Shown: positions 31,754 through 43,337, counted from the first letter of the stretch. The stretch is DNA of 64,000 nucleotides from Candidatus Berkelbacteria bacterium (GCA_037127955.1 JBAXXI010000003.1:7771-71770); one strand, 5' to 3'. The notes: generated by a model from the sequence alone, not told the origin. Program-made: numbers and translations.

Positions 31754-31858
31754 ATTTCCTCATAAATTCCATGCAAATCCATTTGCACGCTTGTAGTATA
31801 TCACAACTCTTGGTAAAATAAGTGTAAATTCGAAATTGCTTTAAAAGTCAGGAGGAAT

Positions 31859-32323
31859 ATGAATCAACCAGTGGAAAATACCCCTTCTACCCCGCAAACT
31901 CAAAATCAACCAGAAAAACCAATTATCAAAAATCCACGCTTGGTTAAAACTATTATTATTGCTGTTATTTGTGTGGTTATTCTTGTCTTGACCTCAATCA
32001 TTGTCTTAAACCAGATCAAACAGAAAAACACTCAAACTCAGGTTAAAAATGGCAAAACCTTAGTTCAATTAGTTTTTAACTTAAGAAACGAAATCGATAC
32101 TTTTTACCAAAAAAATCAATCATATAAAAGTTGGCAGGCCGACAGTCAAATTTTAGCTCAGGCCACAAGCCTTGGATCAACTATTAACGTGGTCAGACCT
32201 GATTTCCAACATTACATGTTTTATGCTTTTATCCCGGCAGATCAAAAGTATTTCTGTGTCGACAACACGCAATTTGCTGGCGAAATCAATAAAATCTCGG
32301 TCAACCAAACTAAATGCCAATAA
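31859..32323 (+). CDS. Pilin-like membrane-anchored protein
   Basis: TM helix, LRNEIDTFY..N.SY helix, YMFYA...YFCVD...C terminal Cys pair; paralog of 33318-33755. Confidence 0.6.
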   Translation: MNQPVENTPSTPQTQNQPEKPIIKNPRLVKTIIIAVICVVILVLTSIIVLNQIKQKNTQTQVKNGKTLVQLVFNLRNEIDTFYQKNQSYKSWQADSQILAQATSLGSTINVVRPDFQHYMFYAFIPADQKYFCVDNTQFAGEINKISVNQTKCQ

Positions 32324-32336
32324 ACATAGGAGTAAA

Positions 32337-33299
32337 ATGAAAATATTTTCCGGTATTCAGCCATCAGGCGAATTCCATTTAGGTAATTACTTAGGAGCCA
32401 TGAAAAACTGGGTCAAGCTCCAAGAAACAAATGACTGTATTTTTAGTATTGTTGATTTACACGCCATTACGGTTGATTACGATTCAAAAACCCTTTCAGA
32501 AAAAATTATCAATGCCACAAAAGATGCCTTGGCGGTTGGTATTGATCCAGAAAAATCGATTTTATTCGTTCAATCAGGCGTCAAAGAGCATGCTGAATTA
32601 GCTTGGCTTCTCAATACCATTTCGACTATCGGCGAACTCAACCGTATGACCCAATATAAAGAAAAAAGTGAAAAACACGAACAACGCGTCGGTCTTTTTG
32701 ATTATCCAGTTTTAATGGCCGCCGACATTTTACTCTATAAATCCGAAGGTGTGCCAGTTGGCGAAGATCAAGTTCAGCATGTCGAATTAACCCGTGATTT
32801 AGCCGCCCGATTTAATCATAAGTTTGGTGAAACTTTTCCAATTCCTCAATCACTTTTAACCGAAACCAAACGTGTAATGAGTCTTGATGGCAATGGCAAA
32901 ATGAGTAAATCTAACGCCGCTTCAACCTATATTGCCCTTAACGATACACCAGAAGTCATCCGTAAAAAAATTGGCTCAGCTACCACTGACCAAGGCAATG
33001 AACCGGAAATTTCTGCGGCCACCAAAAATCTATTTGGACTTTTAGAGGTATTTGCGGGTAAGGATCGAGCTGAATACTACTTTAAGGCTCGCCAAGCAGG
33101 CACCATCAAATATTCTGAATTAAAACCAGAATTAGCCGAAGCTATCATTGCCGAACTCGCCCCGATTCAAGCACGAAGGGCCGAAATTACCGATGAACAA
33201 GTTAAAGAAGTCTTAGCTTCTGGCGCCAAAAAAGCTCAAATTATAGCCTCGAAAAATATGGTTGAAATCAAACAAAAAATGGGTTTTATGTCTAAATAA
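32337..33299 (+). CDS. trpS: Tryptophan--tRNA ligase
   Basis: FSGIQPSGEFHLGNYLGA, YPVLMAADILLY, VPVGEDQ, KMSKS; ATG 32337 after AGGAG. Confidence 0.97.
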   Translation: MKIFSGIQPSGEFHLGNYLGAMKNWVKLQETNDCIFSIVDLHAITVDYDSKTLSEKIINATKDALAVGIDPEKSILFVQSGVKEHAELAWLLNTISTIGELNRMTQYKEKSEKHEQRVGLFDYPVLMAADILLYKSEGVPVGEDQVQHVELTRDLAARFNHKFGETFPIPQSLLTETKRVMSLDGNGKMSKSNAASTYIALNDTPEVIRKKIGSATTDQGNEPEISAATKNLFGLLEVFAGKDRAEYYFKARQAGTIKYSELKPELAEAIIAELAPIQARRAEITDEQVKEVLASGAKKAQIIASKNMVEIKQKMGFMSK

Positions 33300-33317
33300 T
33301 TAAATTAGGAGGGATTC

Positions 33318-33755
33318 GTGGAAGAAAAAGAGATCGAAAAAACCGAACCAAACAAGAAAAAACACTTAAAAATTAGCTGGTGGTTAATAGTTGTGGCCAT
33401 CTTGGCTTTCGGTGGTGCATTTTACTGTGTTTCACCAATCATCAAAAGTAAACAAACTTTAAATAAAACTCAGCCGGACACAAAAGAAGAAATTAATGTT
33501 AAACAAAAACTTTCTTCCTTACGCGGCGATATTGACCGTTATTTCGAAGCCAATAAAACTTATGAAGGTTGGACACCGAATGCCGGCGATCTAGCTAAGG
33601 TCAAGGCTGCTGGCTCAGAAATTAAAACTAAACTTAGCAAAGATGGCTATATGATTTACGCCAAAATGCCTAACTCGAAACTTATCTTCTGTATGGATAA
33701 AACTTTCACTGGCGAAATGAATACGATCAGCTCGTCACAAAAAACTTGTAAATAA
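33318..33755 (+). CDS. Pilin-like membrane-anchored protein
   Basis: TM helix, LRGDIDRYF..N.TY, YMIYA...FCMD...C; paralog of 31859-32323. Confidence 0.6.
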   Translation: MEEKEIEKTEPNKKKHLKISWWLIVVAILAFGGAFYCVSPIIKSKQTLNKTQPDTKEEINVKQKLSSLRGDIDRYFEANKTYEGWTPNAGDLAKVKAAGSEIKTKLSKDGYMIYAKMPNSKLIFCMDKTFTGEMNTISSSQKTCK

Positions 33756-33769
33756 TACATTTGATATCT

Positions 33770-33798
33770 AAAAAAAGACCCCCGCGGGGGTCTTTTTT
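33770..33798. terminator. Bidirectional intrinsic terminator
   Basis: AAAAAAAGACCCCC-GC-GGGGGTCTTTTTT between convergent genes. Confidence 0.85.
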
Positions 33799-33808
33799 GT
33801 TTTAACTA

Positions 33809-35161
33809 TTAAGCTTGAATCATTGCCAGTAACTCGTCTCGCATCTCTTCCATCTTTGCTTGACTCTTGGCTTCTACATTTAAGCGCAATAAAGGCTCTG
33901 TATTTGAAGTGCGAATCGAAGCGCGCCAATCAGTAAACTCAACCGACAAACCATCAAGTTTAGAAATTTCCCCATCAGCGTATTTGGTTTCAATTTCAGT
34001 CATTATCTCTTTGGCTTTTTCAGTTTTAGTATTAATTTCACCAGAAATGAAATACTTATCCCAATACGGTTTAAGCAAAGTATCCAAATCCCCTTCGGTT
34101 GAAACCATTTCTAGCACTATTAAAAGTGGGATCAAACCCGAATCAGCAAAATAAAAATCCCGAAAATATGTATGGCCCGAGGCTTCACCCGAAAAAACTG
34201 CATCAACTTTTCTCATCTTTTCTTTAATAAACGAGTGCCCCACTCGACTTGAGTCGACCTTACCGCCATTTTCCAGAGTCGAATCAATCACGGCCCAAGT
34301 GTAACGCGGATCATAAATAATAGTAGAAGCTGGGTATTTCTTTAGAATTCCTTTAATAAGTAAGGCGTTCATATGGTAAGGCTCAACGAAAGTACCACTG
34401 CCCGCACAAAAGAAAACACGGTCAGCGTCAGCATCCCAAGTTACGCCCAAATCTGCTTTAGAACTTTTTACTAATTCAACGAACTCTGGTCTATTTTCCG
34501 GTACAAATGGATCTGGTCTGCCTTTAGGAAAATTTCCGTCTGGCACTTCGTTCAGTCCCACTAACTCCAAGGATAAATTACCAATTTCCACCGCTTTTTT
34601 GAGCACTTCCCCTTCGTAACCAAAGTTCGGATTGTAAACTAATTTTAGAGGCTTAATTTTACTTATATCAACAAAATTAAGCGCAAACTTTACAAAATCT
34701 GCTAAAATATCTTTAGTTTCAACTTCTCCTTTAACGCTGGCTTTAACTGGTTCGTTTTCACCGGCCGCCCAATCACGGATTTCAAATATGCCAGTATCTG
34801 AAGAAATCGGAATCGCTTCTTCCCTAACCATCTTCATGCCGTTGTACTCGGCCGGGTTATGCGAGGCTGTCACCTGTATTCCACCGGCTAATTTATAAAA
34901 ACCAGTGGCAAAATAAATCATCTCGGTCGAAATCAAACCGACATCCACCACAGATACGCCGGCATCTGTTAAGCCTTCAATCAAAGCTTTTTTTAATTGT
35001 GGCGATGAAAGTCTCACATCCATACCCACCGCCACTTTACTTTGCGGCTTGATGATTTGGGCATAGGCTTGGCCAATTTTATAAACCAAATCTTCATTAA
35101 TTTGAATTGGGTAAATTCCCCGAATATCGTATGCTTTAAAAATCGATGTATCGATAGACAT
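33809..35161 (-). CDS. Phosphomannomutase/phosphoglucomutase
   Basis: FKAYDIRG, TASHNP, DADADR, GEASGH, RTSNTEP. Confidence 0.95.
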   Translation of the reverse strand: MSIDTSIFKAYDIRGIYPIQINEDLVYKIGQAYAQIIKPQSKVAVGMDVRLSSPQLKKALIEGLTDAGVSVVDVGLISTEMIYFATGFYKLAGGIQVTASHNPAEYNGMKMVREEAIPISSDTGIFEIRDWAAGENEPVKASVKGEVETKDILADFVKFALNFVDISKIKPLKLVYNPNFGYEGEVLKKAVEIGNLSLELVGLNEVPDGNFPKGRPDPFVPENRPEFVELVKSSKADLGVTWDADADRVFFCAGSGTFVEPYHMNALLIKGILKKYPASTIIYDPRYTWAVIDSTLENGGKVDSSRVGHSFIKEKMRKVDAVFSGEASGHTYFRDFYFADSGLIPLLIVLEMVSTEGDLDTLLKPYWDKYFISGEINTKTEKAKEIMTEIETKYADGEISKLDGLSVEFTDWRASIRTSNTEPLLRLNVEAKSQAKMEEMRDELLAMIQA

Positions 35162-35249
35162 TTTCTACCTCGTTTTATTACTTATTAAACCTATCATAAT
35201 TCAGACCTGACAATTTGACAAATTTTGGGGTTACGGTTAAGTTAGGAAT

Positions 35250-36866
35250 ATGAAAAAGACTAAATACATTTTTGTCACGGGTGGCGTTCTTTCAGGTTTA
35301 GGCAAAGGCGTCACGGCCGCCAGTATTGGTAATCTTTTGGTTAGCCAGGGTTTTAAAGTCTGGATGCAAAAGTTTGACCAATATTTAAATGTCGACGCTG
35401 GCACACTTAACCCTAACGAGCACGGCGAGGTTTTTGTGCTCGACGACGGCGCTGAAACAGATTTGGATTTAGGTCACTACGAACGGTTTATCAATACCAA
35501 CTTAAACCGCACTTCTTCGGTTATGTCAGGTCAAATTTACAAAGCTATCTTGGAAAACGAACGCACCGGTAAATTCCTCGGCAAAACTATTCAAGTTATT
35601 CCTCATGTCACCGATGAGGTTAAAAGTCGTCTCAAAGCCGCAGTCGAAAGTTCTAATTGTGATGTTTTAATTACGGAAATCGGCGGCACAATTGGCGACT
35701 ACGAAGGTTTACATTTTGTTGAAGCCATCCGCCAAATGCAGTTTGATGCGGGTCGCGAAAATGTTTTGTATGTTCATGTTGGCTTTTTGCCTCACCTTGG
35801 CGCTTCCGATGAGCTCAAAACTAAACCAATTCAAAACAGTGTCCACAATTTACAATCTCTTGGTATCCAGCCTGATATTTTAGTCTGTCGCTCTGACCAC
35901 CCAGTTGATCGAAAAATGACTGATAAAATTGCCTTGTTTACTGGTATTGACCCTGATGCGGTTGTACCACTCGAAACTGTTAGCTCGATTTACCAAGTAC
36001 CGATTATTCTACAAAAATTGAAACTTGATAAAACCATTGCCCGCAAGCTTAAACTCAAACCGAAAAACGAAGATAATAAGGAATGGGCCAAATTTTTAAA
36101 TAAACTTTTAAAACCTAAAACTAAAAAAGTTAAAATTGCCCTAATTGCCAAATATTTAGGACTTAAAGATACTTATTTTTCCGTGACCGAAGCCTTAAAA
36201 ATCGCGGGAGTCACCAACGACGCCGATATCGAAATCGGTTGGATTGATGCCGAAGAAATTGAGAAGAGTGGAACTACAATTCTTAAAGAATACGATGGGA
36301 TTTTAGTCCCAGGCGGCTTTGGTAGTCGTGGGATTGAAGGAAAAATTCAAGCTATCAAATATGCTCGTGAGAAGAAAATTCCTTTTCTAGGCCTTTGCTA
36401 CGGCTTACAACTGGCAACAATTGAGTTTGCCCGCAACATAGCTGGACTCAAAGATGCTAATACCACCGAAATCGATGCCAAAACTCCTAACCCAGTCATC
36501 CATATCATGCCAGAACAGGTTAAACTTCTTGAAGGTGCCAACTATGGCGGCACTATGCGTCTCGGCGCCTATGACTGCAAATTAATTCCTGATACTATTT
36601 CAGCTAAAGCGTACAAACAAAGAATGATATCTGAAAGGCATAGACATAGGTACGAATTCAACAACGATTACCGCGAAATTTTAGAGAAAAAAGGTTTAGT
36701 GATCGCCGGCACCAGTCCAAATGGTAATTTAGTCGAAATAGTCGAGCTTAAAAACCACCCTTTCTTTGTCGCCACTCAGTTTCACCCAGAATTCATCTGT
36801 CGCCCACTCTCACCTCATCCACTCTTTGTCGAGTTCATTAAAACATGTTTAAAAAAATCCTCGTAA
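35250..36866 (+). CDS. pyrG: CTP synthase
   Basis: KYIFVTGGVLSGLGKG, ETDLDLGHYERF, GLCYGLQ, ERHRHRYE, QFHPE. Confidence 0.98.
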   Translation: MKKTKYIFVTGGVLSGLGKGVTAASIGNLLVSQGFKVWMQKFDQYLNVDAGTLNPNEHGEVFVLDDGAETDLDLGHYERFINTNLNRTSSVMSGQIYKAILENERTGKFLGKTIQVIPHVTDEVKSRLKAAVESSNCDVLITEIGGTIGDYEGLHFVEAIRQMQFDAGRENVLYVHVGFLPHLGASDELKTKPIQNSVHNLQSLGIQPDILVCRSDHPVDRKMTDKIALFTGIDPDAVVPLETVSSIYQVPIILQKLKLDKTIARKLKLKPKNEDNKEWAKFLNKLLKPKTKKVKIALIAKYLGLKDTYFSVTEALKIAGVTNDADIEIGWIDAEEIEKSGTTILKEYDGILVPGGFGSRGIEGKIQAIKYAREKKIPFLGLCYGLQLATIEFARNIAGLKDANTTEIDAKTPNPVIHIMPEQVKLLEGANYGGTMRLGAYDCKLIPDTISAKAYKQRMISERHRHRYEFNNDYREILEKKGLVIAGTSPNGNLVEIVELKNHPFFVATQFHPEFICRPLSPHPLFVEFIKTCLKKSS

Positions 36867-36899
36867 ATTACGAGGATTTTTTAATTTATTTTTTAAGTT

Positions 36900-38720
36900 T
36901 TACTCGGCTGGCGGAATTTGAGTCCCTGGACCAACCAAATATGTCTCTGGAACAGGTACATATTTACTGACAAATTTATCGTCTTCCAAAACATTACCAG
37001 AAGCATCGTGAACTTTATAAGTAAAACTAGCGGTGACACCACGAGTAGCTCGCTCCACCAAACGCATGGCCCCGGTTTCCATGGTATCGGTCTCCCGATA
37101 AACCGTGTCACCAGGACTCACATAATCAAACAAAACCGGTGTAGAAACCTCTGATTTTCGTCCATCTTTAGTTCCGTAAATCTGAAAAGTCAAACCATTT
37201 TCAGACGGTACCGCCCAAATAAGGATTGGTGTTTTCATGGTATTAACAAATTTAAAATCAGGTTTCGGATCATAAATTGTCGCATCCATACCGACCGGTG
37301 GTTCATAGTAACTCACTCTAAATGAATGGTTTGTTCGGGCCGTTATTTTTAGACCAGCGTTCATAGCCGCCCGAAATAAAGTTGTAGAAACCTGACACAA
37401 GCCACCACCCACTTCAGGCGCAACCTCTGTACTATTTTTAATTACTAATTCTTTCCTAAAACCACTCTCTAAATCAATTGGTCCTAGAGCTTTAACCGTT
37501 GAAAACTCCTCGCCTGGTTTCACAATATGCCCAGAAATATTATTGGCGCCAAGAGTTAAATTATGAACTCGATTAGCCGTACTACCTCGCCACGAAGTCG
37601 TACCCTCGCCCACCAACTCTTTGATGCCATTGGCATCTGAGGAACTGGAAATTTCCGGTTTTATTTCACTAATTTTCAACTCCACCTTATCTTTTGAATT
37701 TAAAATTGCATCGGTTAATGCCATAATCGCCTTTTCCTGATCAAGTTCGTAACCAGTCTGTGCGGCCTGAAAAGCTGAAACTTTACCATTAACCACGGCA
37801 AATTTAGCGTCTTTGGCTGGTTGATCGATTTCTTTAGCCAAACCCTCAAGATATTTTTTCATTTTTTCTTGATTAATATCGAGAACTAATAAATAATTTC
37901 TATCTACCAAATCTTGACCTGGTTTAAAATCGATCAAATTAACTATATCTTTACTCTTTAAAGTAAAACTTTTGCCGCGTCCGGTCACCACGATCTCGTT
38001 GTCTAAAACCTTTTTAGTTTGCCCAATTATAGACTCTGCTTGGGCAGCTAAAATTTTTGGCTTAACAGTTTCGATAGTTAATTGAACTTGCTCACTAGTC
38101 GAAAAATTACCAAAATTAGCCAAAATTAAATCTTTGGCTTGATCCTGATTAAGTCTTTGGCCAATTTTCTCTGATACAACCTGAGGCACAAGATTGATAA
38201 TTTGAATGGTTGCGTCTTGCTCTGGCTGATCAGTTTCCTGAGCCATTGCTTTAACTTTTTGATCTAGTTTGTCTTGAGAATAAGAAAAAACCAAAGGATA
38301 ACGATTTGAGCCAAAAACTGACCAAATCTGTTCTTTAAAGATTTTTGCTAAATTACCTTTTCTACCTACCGACCAAGCCAATTCAACTGATTTATCAAGG
38401 TTATATTCACGATCAATATCTGTAGATTTAATTTTAAAATTTTTATCACCAACTTTAACTTCTATTACTTTTGAGCCTATTTGATCAAAATTTTGCGATA
38501 ATACTTCTTTAACTTGTGTCAAAGTTTTATTACTGACATCAACTCCGCCAATATAAGTATGAGCAAAAACTGTTTGAGAATAAATCAAATTAAAAACCGC
38601 ATAAACGATAACAAAAAACATAATTAAACCAAATAAAATTATACCAATTTTATAAAACATAAAATTAGCACGAGAGTCCTTGCTTTTTATTTTTTCCTGT
38701 TTTTTAACACTTTGAGTCAA
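36900..38720 (-). CDS. VanW family protein with peptidoglycan-binding repeats and G5-like C-terminus
   Basis: N-terminal TM helix, GGGLCQVSTTLFRA, RTNHSFRVSYY, DATI. Confidence 0.9.
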   Translation of the reverse strand: MTQSVKKQEKIKSKDSRANFMFYKIGIILFGLIMFFVIVYAVFNLIYSQTVFAHTYIGGVDVSNKTLTQVKEVLSQNFDQIGSKVIEVKVGDKNFKIKSTDIDREYNLDKSVELAWSVGRKGNLAKIFKEQIWSVFGSNRYPLVFSYSQDKLDQKVKAMAQETDQPEQDATIQIINLVPQVVSEKIGQRLNQDQAKDLILANFGNFSTSEQVQLTIETVKPKILAAQAESIIGQTKKVLDNEIVVTGRGKSFTLKSKDIVNLIDFKPGQDLVDRNYLLVLDINQEKMKKYLEGLAKEIDQPAKDAKFAVVNGKVSAFQAAQTGYELDQEKAIMALTDAILNSKDKVELKISEIKPEISSSSDANGIKELVGEGTTSWRGSTANRVHNLTLGANNISGHIVKPGEEFSTVKALGPIDLESGFRKELVIKNSTEVAPEVGGGLCQVSTTLFRAAMNAGLKITARTNHSFRVSYYEPPVGMDATIYDPKPDFKFVNTMKTPILIWAVPSENGLTFQIYGTKDGRKSEVSTPVLFDYVSPGDTVYRETDTMETGAMRLVERATRGVTASFTYKVHDASGNVLEDDKFVSKYVPVPETYLVGPGTQIPPAE

Positions 38721-38742
38721 TTTCCCCTCTTAATACTAGTTA

Positions 38743-38827
38743 AAAGCTGAAAGTAAAAAGTTGAAAGTTTATGGAATTATAACTAATATATTTCCTTTTA
38801 CTTTAGACTTTGTACCTTAAACTTTAT
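38743..38827. repeat. Inverted 7-mer periodic repeat element (copy 2)
   Basis: AAAGCTG AAAGTAA AAAGTTG AAAGTTT - ATGGAAT...ATATTTCC - ACTTTAG ACTTTGT ACCTTAA ACTTTAT. Confidence 0.7.
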
Positions 38828-38833
38828 GCTATT

Positions 38834-39055
38834 TTACTTACCGTTGAGAATCTCTTCAAGGATAGTTTTAGCCATATTCTCTTCTTTCATTCTAGCGTCT
38901 TTTTCCGATAAAAAACAGAGGCGCATTTCTTCTCCAACCTTAATTGAATCTGGCAAATACTCTGAAGGAACTTCGATTTTCTGACCTTCAATTTCAATTT
39001 CAGACTTTTTTCCCTTTTTTTCAATTAATTTACAAATTAAAGTTTGAATAGTCAT
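38834..39055 (-). CDS. Small hypothetical protein (DUF3006-like)
   Basis: IEVPSEYLP...GE motif with a C-terminal helix. Confidence 0.65.
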   Translation of the reverse strand: MTIQTLICKLIEKKGKKSEIEIEGQKIEVPSEYLPDSIKVGEEMRLCFLSEKDARMKEENMAKTILEEILNGK

Positions 39056-39133
39056 AATTATCCCAATTAAAAAGCTTTGTGAGTATAAAGCACACCAAGT
39101 GCAGTCTCTATAATCACAAAGCTTAATTTAATT

Positions 39134-41131
39134 CTACTTTAAGAACTTAACAATCAAGAGAGCAACAATGTTAAGAATCTTAATCATTGGATTGATAGCT
39201 GGTCCAGCAGTATCCTTGTAAGGATCACCGACAGTATCACCAGTTACGGCAGCCGCATGAGCAAATGAGCCCTTACCGCCATGATTACCTTCTTCAATAT
39301 ATTTTTTAGCATTATCCCAGGCACCACCACCTGAAGTCATAGAAATAGCTACGAATAAACCGGTAATAATTGAACCAACCAATAAACCACCTAAAGCCAC
39401 TGCGCCAAGACCAAAACCAACCGCTAAAACCGCTACAATCGGAAGCAATGCTGGCACCACCATTTGTTTAATGGCAGCTTGAGTCACGATATCAACAGTT
39501 CTAGAATAATCAGGTTTAGCTTTGCCTTCCATAATTCCCTTGATTTCACGGAATTGGCGACGAACTTCTTCTACCACCGCGCCAGCTGTTTTACCAACAG
39601 CTTCCATACTCATCGCGGCAAAAAGATATGGTAACAAACCACCAATAAACAAACCGACTAAAACTTTTGGATTTGATAAATCAAAGAAAATTGCGCCATG
39701 AGTATTAGTATAATCTTGAACATACGCGGCAAAAAGTACCATTGCGGCTAAACCGGCCGAAGCAATCGCGTAACCTTTAGTCACAGCTTTAGTAGTGTTA
39801 CCAACAGCATCAAGTGGATCAGTTACAGCTCTAACAGAAGCTGGAAGTTCAGCCATTTCAGCAATACCACCAGCGTTATCGGTAATTGGACCATAAGAAT
39901 CGATAGCCACAATAATACCGGTCATACTAAGCATGGCAAAAGCCGCCACGGCAATTCCAAATAAACCTGATAATTGATAGGAAAACAAAGTTGCGGCAGA
40001 AATCATAATAATTGGCCAAGCTGTAGCTTTCATACTGACAGCCAAACCTTGAATTACGTTTGTACCATGACCTGTAGTTGAAGCCTGAGCAATCGAACGC
40101 ACTGGAGCGTAATGTGTTGAAGTGTAGTATTCAGTAATTACCACCATAGCCATTGTTAAACCGATACCAATTAAACTTGAATAAAAAATATTCATCACGT
40201 TAATACCGTCGATTCCACTAAGCATCCAACGGGTCACAAAATAAAAACCAACTGCAGCGATCACAGCAGCTGCAATCAAACCTTTATAAAGAGCGTGCAT
40301 AATCTTGTCGCCAGTTAATTTAACAAAGAATGTACCCAAGATTGAGGCTAAAATTGAAACACCACCAAGTACCAATGGCAATAAAACTACCATTTCGCTC
40401 TTGAAGAGTAATGAACCTAAAAGCATGGCAGCGACAGCGGTCACCGAATAAGTTTCAAACAAATCTGCGGCCATACCAGCACAGTCGCCCACGTTATCGC
40501 CGACATTGTCAGCAATAACAGCCGGGTTTCTCGGATCATCTTCAGGAATACCAGCTTCAACTTTACCAACTAAATCAGCACCCACATCAGCCGCTTTAGT
40601 GTAAATTCCACCACCCAAGCGAGCAAAAATCGAAATCAATGAACCGCCAAAACCCAAACCAACTAAGGCTTGAACATTATGGGTCAATAAATAAAGACCG
40701 GCTACACCCAAAAGACCTAATCCCACCACAAGCAAACCAGTCACGGCGCCGCCGCGAAAGGCCATGCTTAAAGCGGGCGCAAGCCCTTTTCGGGCGACCT
40801 CAGCAGTTCGCACATTGGCTCGAACAGAAACGTTCATACCAATAAAACCAGCTGCCGCTGACAAAATTGCTCCAATTAAAAATCCTAAAGAAGTCTGCCA
40901 TCCAAGCAAGAAATATAAACCAACCGCCAAAATGACCGCGATTACGGCTACGGTTTTATACTGACGAGACAAATAAGCCGAAGCGCCTTCTTGAATCGCA
41001 TTAGCAATTTGTTGCATTTTTGGGTTTCCGGCCGGACTTTTCATAATTCTCCAAACGAGAAAAAGTCCATAAAGCACTGCTAGCATACCTGAACCCAGGG
41101 AAATCACGTAGGTGAGATTGGTGGTTGTCAT
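39134..41131 (-). CDS. hppA: Membrane proton-translocating pyrophosphatase, K+-independent type
   Basis: [30 protein letters not shown] (Lys), [10 protein letters not shown]. Confidence 0.95.
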   Translation of the reverse strand: MTTTNLTYVISLGSGMLAVLYGLFLVWRIMKSPAGNPKMQQIANAIQEGASAYLSRQYKTVAVIAVILAVGLYFLLGWQTSLGFLIGAILSAAAGFIGMNVSVRANVRTAEVARKGLAPALSMAFRGGAVTGLLVVGLGLLGVAGLYLLTHNVQALVGLGFGGSLISIFARLGGGIYTKAADVGADLVGKVEAGIPEDDPRNPAVIADNVGDNVGDCAGMAADLFETYSVTAVAAMLLGSLLFKSEMVVLLPLVLGGVSILASILGTFFVKLTGDKIMHALYKGLIAAAVIAAVGFYFVTRWMLSGIDGINVMNIFYSSLIGIGLTMAMVVITEYYTSTHYAPVRSIAQASTTGHGTNVIQGLAVSMKATAWPIIMISAATLFSYQLSGLFGIAVAAFAMLSMTGIIVAIDSYGPITDNAGGIAEMAELPASVRAVTDPLDAVGNTTKAVTKGYAIASAGLAAMVLFAAYVQDYTNTHGAIFFDLSNPKVLVGLFIGGLLPYLFAAMSMEAVGKTAGAVVEEVRRQFREIKGIMEGKAKPDYSRTVDIVTQAAIKQMVVPALLPIVAVLAVGFGLGAVALGGLLVGSIITGLFVAISMTSGGGAWDNAKKYIEEGNHGGKGSFAHAAAVTGDTVGDPYKDTAGPAINPMIKILNIVALLIVKFLK

Positions 41132-41154
41132 TTGACCTCCATGTATTTGATATT

Positions 41155-42285
41155 TTATTTTACTATTTCACGATATATTGATAAGGTTTCTTGAGCCGTT
41201 TTTTCCCAAGAAAACTTTTCTACTACTTTTCGACCCTCTTCAATTAATTTCTTTTTTAAAATTGGGTCAATAATAATTGATTTAATCTTATCCTTCATAT
41301 CCATCGAATCTGAAGGATTAAAGTAAATCGCCCCTTGATCATAAATTTCTGGCAAACTGGTTCTATCTGACGAAACAACTGGAATTCCAGCCGCCATTGC
41401 CTCCAAACCAGGTAAGCCAAAACCCTCATAGAAAGACGGAAATACAAAAACAGTTGCTAGCTTATACCAAGCAGCCAACTCTTCCTCTGAGACAAAACCT
41501 GTCTTAATAATATCACTCATATTAGGCGATTTGTCAATGGCCTCCGAGACTTCAGGAAAGGCTGGATCAACTTTTCCAACAATTACTAACTTAACCAGCA
41601 TATCTTTTCGCAATAGTTCAAAAGCCTCAATCAAACCTGTTAAATTTTTATGAGGACGCCACTGACCAACATAAAGTATGATTGATTGTTCACCAATCTT
41701 GTAAGTCTGTCTCATTTTTTCTAAAAGATCATCTGAAACCTTTACGAATGTTTTATCGTCCGCCGCTTCATACACAACCTTAACCTTATTCGTTGGAGTT
41801 TTAAAAACATCCAAAATATCTCTTTTAGTACTTTCGGAAACTGCCACAATCTTTTTGGCATTTCGACAAGCCTGACCAAAAATATATTTATAGCCTAATT
41901 TATAAATAAAATTCTTTTTCTGACGACCTTCATAAAAAAATAAGGTTAAATCATGGATTGTCACCACAAATTTACCCTTAAATCCAACCGGCACATTAAA
42001 ATTTAAGAAGTGCCATAAATCGCATTTTTGTGCTTTCAAAATTTTCGGTAAATAGATTTGCTCAGCTAAACTATAATGAGGAATATCAGTCACCACCACT
42101 TTTGCGTTCGGAAATTGTAGATTTGAATTTTTGAACTCTTTGGCATCTTCTGGAGTCATTAACAAAATATATTGATTTTCATGATCAATTTTGGCTAGAT
42201 TCTCAATTAAATTTTGACTGTAACGACCAATCCCTGCCACGCTTGTGCGATACAGCCTAGCATCAATTCCTATACGCATTTTCAC
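41155..42285 (-). CDS. Glycosyltransferase family 4 (MtfB-like)
   Basis: [28 protein letters not shown]. Confidence 0.92.
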   Translation of the reverse strand: MKMRIGIDARLYRTSVAGIGRYSQNLIENLAKIDHENQYILLMTPEDAKEFKNSNLQFPNAKVVVTDIPHYSLAEQIYLPKILKAQKCDLWHFLNFNVPVGFKGKFVVTIHDLTLFFYEGRQKKNFIYKLGYKYIFGQACRNAKKIVAVSESTKRDILDVFKTPTNKVKVVYEAADDKTFVKVSDDLLEKMRQTYKIGEQSIILYVGQWRPHKNLTGLIEAFELLRKDMLVKLVIVGKVDPAFPEVSEAIDKSPNMSDIIKTGFVSEEELAAWYKLATVFVFPSFYEGFGLPGLEAMAAGIPVVSSDRTSLPEIYDQGAIYFNPSDSMDMKDKIKSIIIDPILKKKLIEEGRKVVEKFSWEKTAQETLSIYREIVK

Positions 42286-42311
42286 CCATATTTTAGATTA
42301 CAATTTAACGA

Positions 42312-43337
42312 CTACTTATTGTATTTCTTGATAATAGCCTGATAAGTTGTGAAAGCCTTTTTCAACTCACCAAAAGTATAAGTCCCGTCAGTCGCTTTTT
42401 TAGCATAAATCAAACCATAATACTCAGGTTTTTTGAGCGCCGTTTGTGTTGGTGCTTGATCGGTTAATTCTAGAATATAAAAACCTTTGATAATATCCTT
42501 GTTTAACCAAGCAAAATCCGCCATTTTCGAAATAAAATCAGATTGAACCTTTTCATCCATCCCCTTGGTTGAGTCCGGACGAGCGTTAACTTCAGTTAAA
42601 ATAATTGGTTTTTTAAATTCTTTCAAACGATCAAAAACCAGTTGACCACCATCTAAAGTTTTATCGCCAAGAAAACCCATATCGGAAAACCAGTTCCAAC
42701 CTAAAACATCAAATTTCACCCCGTCCCTGGTAATCATGTCGAAAAAGGCAAAATGCGTCCACTGATCATTGATCACAACCTGATTCTTCTTATCAACAGA
42801 CTTAACGCCATCTGAAGCACCCTTTAACCATTCTTTAATAATTTGATATTTAGCCTGGTCGTAGTCGCTTTCCTTGGTACCAGTATATTGGCCGCCTTTA
42901 AGCGCGGTCGAACCAGATTCACTCATTAATTGATAATAGACAACTTGTCCCTGTAATTTACCGGCTAACTTTTTACCAAGCGCATAACCTTCGTCATAAG
43001 GTTTTTTAACTTTCAAAATATCGGCTGGGGCAAAAGTAAACAAAACATCCATACCTTTAGCTTTCGCCGCTTGGACCATTTGAACCGAACGCTTATAACC
43101 AGCATGGGCATCATAATCAACTTTAATATAATTAACACCTAGTTTTTTATCGTAATCAAGTTCTTTATTCCAGTATTCTAAGGTATAATCTTGCAACGAA
43201 GCTTCGCGTGTCATCACCCCCCACATAAACGATCTTTTCTTAACGCTCTTACTGGCAATCAAAATTCCCCCAACGATACCCAAAATAACTACTAAACCAA
43301 TGGTAAGATAAAGCCAATTTTGTTTTAGAAACTTCAT
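42312..43337 (-). CDS. Membrane-anchored glycoside hydrolase, clan GH-A-like TIM barrel
   Basis: N-terminal TM helix; YYQLMSE acid/base-like site; FDVLGWNW; KPIILTE nucleophile-like site. Confidence 0.6.
   Translation of the reverse strand: MKFLKQNWLYLTIGLVVILGIVGGILIASKSVKKRSFMWGVMTREASLQDYTLEYWNKELDYDKKLGVNYIKVDYDAHAGYKRSVQMVQAAKAKGMDVLFTFAPADILKVKKPYDEGYALGKKLAGKLQGQVVYYQLMSESGSTALKGGQYTGTKESDYDQAKYQIIKEWLKGASDGVKSVDKKNQVVINDQWTHFAFFDMITRDGVKFDVLGWNWFSDMGFLGDKTLDGGQLVFDRLKEFKKPIILTEVNARPDSTKGMDEKVQSDFISKMADFAWLNKDIIKGFYILELTDQAPTQTALKKPEYYGLIYAKKATDGTYTFGELKKAFTTYQAIIKKYNK

Noticed and set aside
32172-32336. N-terminal extensions given in the ORF track for trpS (also gltX, flippase, integrase, 20287 and 63615 ORFs)
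   Set aside because: They overlap upstream genes or promoters; downstream ATGs have better SD or translational-coupling context and match family starts.
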